From: Candidatus Saccharimonadota bacterium
GTDB lineage: Bacteria > Patescibacteriota > Saccharimonadia > Saccharimonadales > Saccharimonadaceae
Direction of reading: 5' to 3'
NCBI GenBank assembly: GCA_017515205.1
Contig: JAFWHN010000005.1
Coordinates: 13-64,012, forward strand
DNA length: 64,000 bases
Below are positions 57,636-64,000 of this stretch, piece after piece. Made by a program: the position numbers and the translations under genes. The stretch's first letter is position 1. Each line of letters begins with the position of its first letter. The notes below the pieces were generated by a model that saw only the letters and a program-made list of their open reading frames with translations, was not told the DNA's origin and ran no database searches.

Positions 57636-59555
57636 ATGCCAGACGATAATGTAAACCCAGTTCCAATGAGTCAACCAGCCGCTCCTACGGCGACCGATGA
57701 TATGAGCGCTATGCCAATACCAGAGCCTGTGCCTAGTCCGGCAGATGATAATCCGGTCGTAGAGCCAACTGTTCCTCCCGAGGTTCCTCCTGCTGATCAG
57801 CCCGATTCAGCCTCAATTTATGCAGAAGTGGCCAGCAAAATTGCGGAATCCAAGAACATTTTGGTTGCATTATCGAGTGACCCTTCAGTGGACGAAATGT
57901 CCGCCGCAATTGGACTTTCAATTTACCTTGGCAGATTAGGCAAACGTGCTACTGCAATTTACTCTGGCGCCACGCCAAATGCTTTGGAATTTTTGAAACC
58001 GGAAGAAACTTTTGAATCTACTGCAGATACCTTACAAGATTTTGTAATTGCTCTTAATAAAGACAAAGCCGATCATTTGCGCTATAAGTTAGATGGTGAT
58101 TTTGTTAAAATCTACATCACCCCGTACAAGGCTCGTATCACTAAAGAAGATTTGGATTTCTCATACGGCGATTTCAATGTTGATCTCGTACTAGCACTCG
58201 ATGTTGCCAACGGCATTGACTTAGATTCCGCGCTTCGTGAACACGGTCGTATCATGCATGATGCTGTAATTGTCAATATCACCACAGGCAAACCTGGCAA
58301 ATTTGGCGAAATCGAATGGAGCGATAAAACCGCCAGTTCCGTTTCTGAAATGATTGCTAACTTACTATTTAGCATTAAGAGTGATGTCAAAATTGAAAAA
58401 GAGGAAGCCACTGCTTTCCTAACTGGTATCGTGGCTGCTACCAATCGTTTTTCTAATGCTACCACCACCCCAGAGACTATGAAATTAGCTTCTAAACTCA
58501 TGGAATCTGGTGCTAATCAACAGCTTGTTTCGCAAAACATTACTCCAGATGTTGAAAATGAATTCTTCTCGATTTCAGCTAACAAAACCGCTAAAAAACC
58601 AGAACAAGATCCGACTAAACTCGAAATCGAACACGATGGCGAAGGCGAAGCGGTTGATGAAGACAAAGAAGTTAGTGCCACTGTCAATGAAAAAGAGAGC
58701 ACTCTATTAGACGATCTGAAAGCCGCTGAAGCTAGCCTTGCTCAAACTGGCGCTGAAACTACACCTGAATCCGATCATACTGCGCTCAAAATTGATAGCG
58801 CTACCCCAGCTCCAGCTCCAGAAGCCGAAGCTACGCCTTCTGAAGAACCTGAGCAGCAGGAAAATGAATCACTTGAACAAAATACTGATGTTGCTCCAGA
58901 ACCAACGGCTGAGCCAGAGTCAAGTAGCCCAGCTGAACCAGTCTCGACTCCTACTATTGAACCATCTGGTGGAATTTTAAGTGATACCCCAAAAGAGCAG
59001 GATGCTGAATCAGCTTCAGAGACTTCCTCAGAGCCTACTTCTGAACCTACTCCAGCAATCACCCCAGAACCTACTTCAGAAACTGTCCCAGAAGAACCAT
59101 CTGGCCAAATTTCAGATAAACCAGAAAAAGTACTTCAACCTTCATCCGATTTAAGCACAGATACCACTGAAGCAGAACAAAATAAATATGGTCAAATGCT
59201 AGAGGATGCCTTGAATAGTGTAAACAGCGCTTCAGAAGCTCCAAGTATGCCAGCAGAGAACCCTGCCACTATGAGTACTCCAAGCGTGCCAGATAATCCA
59301 GAAATCAACGGTGTCCCAGAAATTAATTATATGCCAATGCCAGGTGACGAGATTTTACCACCTCCTCCTACTCCACCTATTGACCCTGCAGGCGGTTCTG
59401 TTACTGCGCCAGCTCCTATGACGCAACCTATAGAACCGGCCGCACCGGCGCCAGAACCAGCTCCTACTCCACTTGGGCCTCAACCAGCTATGCAAGATCA
59501 AGTTTACGCTCCTCAAGCTTCCGACCCAGGTGCCTTCAAAATCCCAGGAATGTAA
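57636..59555 (+). CDS. DHH-fold (NrnA-like) protein with long Pro/Glu-rich disordered tail
   Basis: NILVALS.DP..D, SSVSEMI, ATAFLTGIVAATNRF; DHH motif not present. Confidence 0.7.
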   Translation: MPDDNVNPVPMSQPAAPTATDDMSAMPIPEPVPSPADDNPVVEPTVPPEVPPADQPDSASIYAEVASKIAESKNILVALSSDPSVDEMSAAIGLSIYLGRLGKRATAIYSGATPNALEFLKPEETFESTADTLQDFVIALNKDKADHLRYKLDGDFVKIYITPYKARITKEDLDFSYGDFNVDLVLALDVANGIDLDSALREHGRIMHDAVIVNITTGKPGKFGEIEWSDKTASSVSEMIANLLFSIKSDVKIEKEEATAFLTGIVAATNRFSNATTTPETMKLASKLMESGANQQLVSQNITPDVENEFFSISANKTAKKPEQDPTKLEIEHDGEGEAVDEDKEVSATVNEKESTLLDDLKAAEASLAQTGAETTPESDHTALKIDSATPAPAPEAEATPSEEPEQQENESLEQNTDVAPEPTAEPESSSPAEPVSTPTIEPSGGILSDTPKEQDAESASETSSEPTSEPTPAITPEPTSETVPEEPSGQISDKPEKVLQPSSDLSTDTTEAEQNKYGQMLEDALNSVNSASEAPSMPAENPATMSTPSVPDNPEINGVPEINYMPMPGDEILPPPPTPPIDPAGGSVTAPAPMTQPIEPAAPAPEPAPTPLGPQPAMQDQVYAPQASDPGAFKIPGM

Positions 59556-59566
59556 AAAACCGTATT

Positions 59567-59592
59567 AAAAAGAGGCTCTAGGCCTCTTTTTT
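59567..59592. terminator. Bidirectional terminator
   Basis: aaaaagaggc-tcta-ggcctctttttt. Confidence 0.7.
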
Positions 59593-59601
59593 GTACTAAA
59601 A

Positions 59602-59765
59602 CGGCGTATTCACACGTTCGACGAGGCTCGCACCGAGCCGCAGTCGAGATCCGAATCTCTCTTTTTGATATTTTTTTCGTAAAAAAAAATGGCGGATCCG
59701 CACCGAAGGTTCGAGCTTTGCTCGACGAGGCTCGAACTCGCGACCGCTTTTTTTCGTAAAAAAAA
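59602..59765 (-). repeat. Two degenerate tRNA-Asp 3'-end copies with hairpin inserts
   Basis: tggcggatcc at 59690 and 59766; acgaggctcg occurs three times; gagatccgaatctc motif near 59646. Confidence 0.88.
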
Positions 59766-59843
59766 TGGCGGATCCGACGAGGCTCGAACTCGCGACCTCT
59801 GCCGTGACAGGGCAGCGCTCTAAACCAACTGAGCTACGAATCC
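59766..59843 (-). tRNA. tRNA-Asp(GTC)
   Basis: GGATTCG/CGGATCC; CTGCC-CTGTCAC-GGCAG; TTCGAGC; CCA. Confidence 0.97.
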
Positions 59844-59924
59844 ACTCACCATATTATATATTATTTTCCCAGAATTACAACCCCCTTGTTATTTTCATCA
59901 GGGTATGGTATAATCACCACTGAT

Positions 59925-60143
59925 ATGTCTATAAAAGTTACTAGAAAAGACCAAGGAGAAGCCAACGAAAACATTATTCGTCGCTTCAATCGTAAAGTCC
60001 TTCAGAGCGGTATGATGCCTCTTAAGAAGTCGCAAATGCGCTTTACTAAGCCACTTTCAAAGCGCGAACGTCGTCTCAAAGCCATCATCCGTGAGGCTCG
60101 CAAAGCTGAAAAGACTGAGCGTATCAAATTAGGACTTAAGTAA
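59925..60143 (+). CDS. rpsU: 30S ribosomal protein S21
   Basis: ENIIRRFNRKV...FTKPLSKRERR. Confidence 0.85.
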   Translation: MSIKVTRKDQGEANENIIRRFNRKVLQSGMMPLKKSQMRFTKPLSKRERRLKAIIREARKAEKTERIKLGLK

Positions 60144-60167
60144 AAATCCCCCCAAGGGGGATTTTTT
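60142..60167 (+). terminator. Intrinsic terminator after rpsU
   Basis: aaaatcccc-ccaa-ggggattttt. Confidence 0.7.
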
Positions 60168-60208
60168 GTTGCTACCAAAATATGCTATAATTACTCTGAA
60201 GGAGAATT

Positions 60209-60802
60209 ATGATTATATTATTTGGCCTGGCTGGGTCAGGCAAAGGTACCCAGGGCAAAGCATTATCCGAGATTTTTGGTTGGAAGTGGCTTTCGGTTGG
60301 CCAAGTTATTCGTAATACTGGCGCCTATGACAAAATTACCAATCAAGGCCAGCTGATTCCAGATGAAGAAGTAATTAAATTGATGGATAAACAAATCGAG
60401 AAGGCCGAAGACGAAGGGTTCGATATCATCCTGGACGGTTATCCTAGAAGCGAAGTGCAAGCTAGGCACTTAGTAGACGAAAAAGCCGATGACCTAGACG
60501 GCGCTATCATATTAGAAGTCCCAAAGGACGAACTATATGAAAGGCTGGCTTTGCGCGGTCGTGATGACGATCAAGAAAAGGCTGCCATTAATCGACGTTT
60601 TGAAATCTTTGAACAAAATATTTGTTCAATTCTACCTCTGTTAGAAGCCAAAAATATTCCAGTTGAACGTATAAATGGTTCAGGCCCAATTGCTGAAGTC
60701 ACTGAGCGTTTAGTTAAAGTAGTCAAACAAATGAAGCCAGAAGCTACCGAGCAACTGACTGACGTTAATGGTGGAGAAATCGAGCAGAGCTATGGCGAAT
60801 AA
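60209..60802 (+). CDS. adk: Adenylate kinase (short, LID-less)
   Basis: GLAGSGKGTQ, LDGYPR, RGRDDD. Confidence 0.88.
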   Translation: MIILFGLAGSGKGTQGKALSEIFGWKWLSVGQVIRNTGAYDKITNQGQLIPDEEVIKLMDKQIEKAEDEGFDIILDGYPRSEVQARHLVDEKADDLDGAIILEVPKDELYERLALRGRDDDQEKAAINRRFEIFEQNICSILPLLEAKNIPVERINGSGPIAEVTERLVKVVKQMKPEATEQLTDVNGGEIEQSYGE

Positions 60803-61586
60803 TAGCGGAATTATTAATATCGATACTGCTCCGCGTACCGAAGTAGACAAAAAAATCACTGCCATGCGTGAATGCGGTAAGATTCACGGCCAACTTTTTA
60901 AAGATTTAAGAGAATATGTTAAACCTGGTATGACGGGCAAAGAAATTGATGCCTGGGTTCGCAAAGAGATTGTCAAACGCGGTGGCAAGGTAGCGTACGA
61001 CATGCTGGAAGAAGATTTTCCAGGTGCTATTTGTATTTCAGTCAATGATCAGCTAGTTCACGGTGCTCCCACCGACGAACCACTAGAAGTAGGCGACAAA
61101 GTTTCCTTTGATTTAGACATTTATTACAAGGGCTATTTTACCGACTCTGCCTTTACTATGCTAGTCGGAGGGACTGGTTCACCTGCCATTAAAAAAATGA
61201 TCCAAGTTACCGAATCTTCCATGTGGGAGGGAATTGAACAAGTTAAACCTGGCGCTTACATCGGTGATGTCGGTCATGCCGTCGAAAAAGTTTTGCGCAA
61301 GAACCATCTTGGTGTCATAGAAAATTATATCGGTCACGGTATTGGTAAAAACATGCACGAAGAGCCTGAAGTGCCAAACTATGGTAAAAAGGGCCATGGA
61401 TATAGATTGGTCGAAGGTGACACAATTTGTATCGAACCAATGTCTTGTCTAGGCAAACCCGCCAATTATGTCGACAAAGACGATAACTGGACTGTTAAAA
61501 TGAAGGATGGCAGTATCGGTTGCCATTGCGAACATACTGTACTCGTTACTCACGATGGCTATGAAGTTTTGACTTTACCAGACTAA
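60792..61586 (+). CDS. map: Methionine aminopeptidase type I
   Basis: CISVNDQLVHG, D..D, GHGIG, HEEP, EP, HCEHT. Confidence 0.95.
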   Translation: MANNSGIINIDTAPRTEVDKKITAMRECGKIHGQLFKDLREYVKPGMTGKEIDAWVRKEIVKRGGKVAYDMLEEDFPGAICISVNDQLVHGAPTDEPLEVGDKVSFDLDIYYKGYFTDSAFTMLVGGTGSPAIKKMIQVTESSMWEGIEQVKPGAYIGDVGHAVEKVLRKNHLGVIENYIGHGIGKNMHEEPEVPNYGKKGHGYRLVEGDTICIEPMSCLGKPANYVDKDDNWTVKMKDGSIGCHCEHTVLVTHDGYEVLTLPD

Positions 61587-61610
61587 AAGATTTTGTGTTA
61601 TAATGAAATT

Positions 61611-62843
61611 ATGGATAACGATAATCGTTTTGTTACAGGTCTTGATGTTGGTACTGAAAATGTTCGTGCTGTAATTGCTAGTATTGATAAAGAAGGTAAA
61701 ATTGCTATTGTGGGGTACAATGAGGGCAAATCTGCCGGTATGCGAAAAGGTATACCAGCTAACCTCACCGGTCCTGCCGAATCGATTGATCGTATGCTCG
61801 GAGACGCTGAGCGGATGGGCGGTTATGACGTACGTTCTGCCTATGTTTCTATTAATGGCTCCACTGTTATTTCTACTCAAACCGAAGGAATGATTGCAGT
61901 TGGCGCTGTTGAACACGAAATTGATGACGAAGATTTAAACCGCGTAGAAGATGTCGCTGTTTCCGGCCGTATCCCAGCCAACCGCGATGTTCTAGATGTC
62001 GTTCCGCTAGAATATGCTCTTGATGGTCAAGGCGGCATCAAAGATCCCCTTGGTATGGCTGGAGCTCGCCTTGAAATGCGTGCCAACGTTATTTCGGCAC
62101 TTACTCCAAATTGCGAAAATCTCAAAAAAGCAACTATGACTGCAGACGTAGAAGCTCTTCGCTTAGTTCCTACTGCTGTTGCCGCTGCCAAAGCTGTATT
62201 AGATGAACGTCAAAAAGAAAATGGTGTTGCTGTAGTTGATTTTGGCGCTGCTACCACCTCAATCGCTATTTACGAAGAAGGCGATTTGCAATATGTCGGC
62301 GTAGTTCCAGTTGGCTCTAATAACATTACCAACGATCTCGCCATTGTGCTCGCTATCGAACCAGAATTAGCTGAGGAAATCAAAACTCGTTTTGTCACTG
62401 GCGATTTTGGCTCCAATAAGAGCATTGCTATTAAAGTAGGGAAACACGGCGAACGTACTTTTGAGCGTAAAGAAGTTGAGGATGTCGTAAAAGCTCGTCT
62501 CGAAGAAATTTTCTCCGAAATCCGTAAAAAGCTCAAAGCCGCCAAATACGACCAACGTTTACCAGAGGGAATTATCCTTACTGGCGGTGGTGCCAAAATG
62601 CGTGATATTGAATTATTTGCTAAATTATGCCTAGAGGCATCAGTCAAAATTGGTATTCCTCAAAAGCTCGACGGTGTAGCAAACGCTATCGCCAAACCCG
62701 AATTTGCTGTTTCTGTAGGGTTAGCCATTCTTGCTGCTGAAGATAGTCAATATCAAGCTCCTACTTCAAAAAAATCCAAAAAGTCTAAGAAAACTAAATC
62801 CAAATCTGGCGGATTTTTCAAAAAAATCTTTTCAAAATTCTAA
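61611..62843 (+). CDS. ftsA: Cell division protein FtsA
   Basis: GLDVGT, DPLGM.G.RLE, VDFGAATT, LTGGGA. Confidence 0.93.
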   Translation: MDNDNRFVTGLDVGTENVRAVIASIDKEGKIAIVGYNEGKSAGMRKGIPANLTGPAESIDRMLGDAERMGGYDVRSAYVSINGSTVISTQTEGMIAVGAVEHEIDDEDLNRVEDVAVSGRIPANRDVLDVVPLEYALDGQGGIKDPLGMAGARLEMRANVISALTPNCENLKKATMTADVEALRLVPTAVAAAKAVLDERQKENGVAVVDFGAATTSIAIYEEGDLQYVGVVPVGSNNITNDLAIVLAIEPELAEEIKTRFVTGDFGSNKSIAIKVGKHGERTFERKEVEDVVKARLEEIFSEIRKKLKAAKYDQRLPEGIILTGGGAKMRDIELFAKLCLEASVKIGIPQKLDGVANAIAKPEFAVSVGLAILAAEDSQYQAPTSKKSKKSKKTKSKSGGFFKKIFSKF

Positions 62844-62933
62844 TTTTTAAAATATTGTGGAAAAAATTAGCATAACCCACTTGACATTTCTCTTAGCTCA
62901 TATATAATAAAACGTAGATAAATAAGGTTGTAC

Positions 62934-64000
62934 GTGATAAATAAACACAGGTGTACTATTGGGATATTTAGCATCTGTAAAATATCTAAAAATAATGGTA
63001 TTTTACGTAATGTTTTTGTTTTCATATTTCTGCTTAGTTTCTTTAGTATTGTAAGTCTATGTAATGGATTTAATGTTAGTAATGTCTCTGCCGCCGCTAA
63101 AGCCAGCACTCTAACTCTAGGTGTTAGTACGGACCTACTTAGTATAGACCTCATGCCATCTTCTTCTGGTACTTTTGGTACTTCCTCTACTTCAACTATT
63201 ACAGCTAAGACTGATAACTATACGGGCTATACTTTATCCATTAATGCCGCTAATTCTACTAATCTCGTGGATGGTAGTAATCATTCCATTAGTACTCTAA
63301 GTTCAGCTGTTACTGAATCTAACTTCTCTTCTTCATCATCATATAATAACAAATGGGGTTATCAACCCAGTCAGTATATATCAAGTGGCAGTGTAGTAAA
63401 TAACACTAACTATCTTCCTTCACCTACTACTACTGGTACTACACTAGATATTACTAATGCCGCAAATAGTACTAATAAGTCCTATACCATTAAACTAGGA
63501 GCTAGGATTGATTCTACTCAACCAGCTGGTACTTATAGTAATACCTTTGTCATTAGAGCCATTGCTAACGATATTGTTTATAACATTACTTATAACAAGA
63601 ATGCTAGTAGTGATAGTACTGTATCTAACATCCCAGCATCACAAGGTGCTAGTATAGCTGGTGGTACAGCAGCTTCTTCTTCTAAAGTAGCTCTTTCTAG
63701 TACTACACCAACTAGAACTGGCTATACCTTCGCTGGTTGGTGTGACACAGCTACTACTAATCCAGGTGGTGTAGGTACTCAGACTTGTTCTGGTAATGTC
63801 TATGCTGCAGGATCAGACTTTGGTATAGACCAAACAGTAGATACTACTAACATTAATCTCTATGCTATTTGGACTGCTAAGACCTATACCGCTAAGATCT
63901 ACTATAACAGTAATGCTAACGCTGGTTCTACTACCATTACTAATACTAATGATGATGGTGGTACTAAAGTCCAATGTACTGTAAACAATGCTGCTGGTAC
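62934..64000 (+). CDS. Large Thr/Ser-rich secreted surface protein with InlB B-repeat (Flg_new) domain; runs off the window end
   Basis: Missed by the track (no stop in window). GTG start after TAAGG; signal peptide ...SNVSA; PTRTGYTFAGWC...NLYAIW; promoter TTGACA-16 nt-TATAAT at 62881-62908. Confidence 0.85.
   Translation, partial: MINKHRCTIGIFSICKISKNNGILRNVFVFIFLLSFFSIVSLCNGFNVSNVSAAAKASTLTLGVSTDLLSIDLMPSSSGTFGTSSTSTITAKTDNYTGYTLSINAANSTNLVDGSNHSISTLSSAVTESNFSSSSSYNNKWGYQPSQYISSGSVVNNTNYLPSPTTTGTTLDITNAANSTNKSYTIKLGARIDSTQPAGTYSNTFVIRAIANDIVYNITYNKNASSDSTVSNIPASQGASIAGGTAASSSKVALSSTTPTRTGYTFAGWCDTATTNPGGVGTQTCSGNVYAAGSDFGIDQTVDTTNINLYAIWTAKTYTAKIYYNSNANAGSTTITNTNDDGGTKVQCTVNNAAG

Noticed and set aside
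62867-63154. 95-aa minus-strand ORF
   Set aside because: Shadow of the + strand surface-protein gene and its promoter.
1-64000. Genetic code 25 (TGA=Gly) or a prophage
   Set aside because: Conserved genes end cleanly at TGA with no in-frame TGA, and no phage structural or terminase genes are seen.

Overview
A 64-kb chromosomal segment of a Candidatus Saccharibacteria (TM7, Patescibacteria/CPR) genome, probably a gut or rumen lineage. This assignment is inferred from gene content: a short RpoD, the pilM-N-O-x-pilB-pilT-pilC cluster, TrbC/VirB2-like pilins, rpsF-ssb-rpsR with no rplI, and an InlB-B-repeat surface protein. TGA is used as a stop (code 11). Most of the window is housekeeping (valS, tsaD, rlmH, ftsK, rpsF/ssb/rpsR/efp, xerC-like, ndk, argS, orn, mscL, dnaG, rpoD, polA, mutM, holA, rpsT, rpsU, adk, map, ftsA). 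It also holds six tRNAs, a type IV pilus locus and scattered accessory genes (RhuM-Fic, GH13, two FemABX, acyltransferase-3, SLH-like protein, amino-acid ABC transporter, zeta-toxin-like kinase, serpin, APH kinase). No CRISPR-Cas, prophage or intact transposase is visible. Four unexplained signals stand out. (1) Three different tRNA genes (Ser, Gln, Asp) are followed by degenerate copies of their own 3' ends, each fused to a shared ~30-nt hairpin motif; one unit at tRNA-Gln is split by a ~1.2-kb acyltransferase cassette. (2) A GC-rich palindromic element is inserted in frame twice in argS (one copy nested) and once in polA. (3) A 145-aa protein with an ATP-cone-like region plus the NrdD glycyl-radical tail sits behind two NrdR boxes. 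(4) Many genes have a -10 box exactly 6 nt before the start codon, implying leaderless transcription. All family calls come from motif reading, not database searches.
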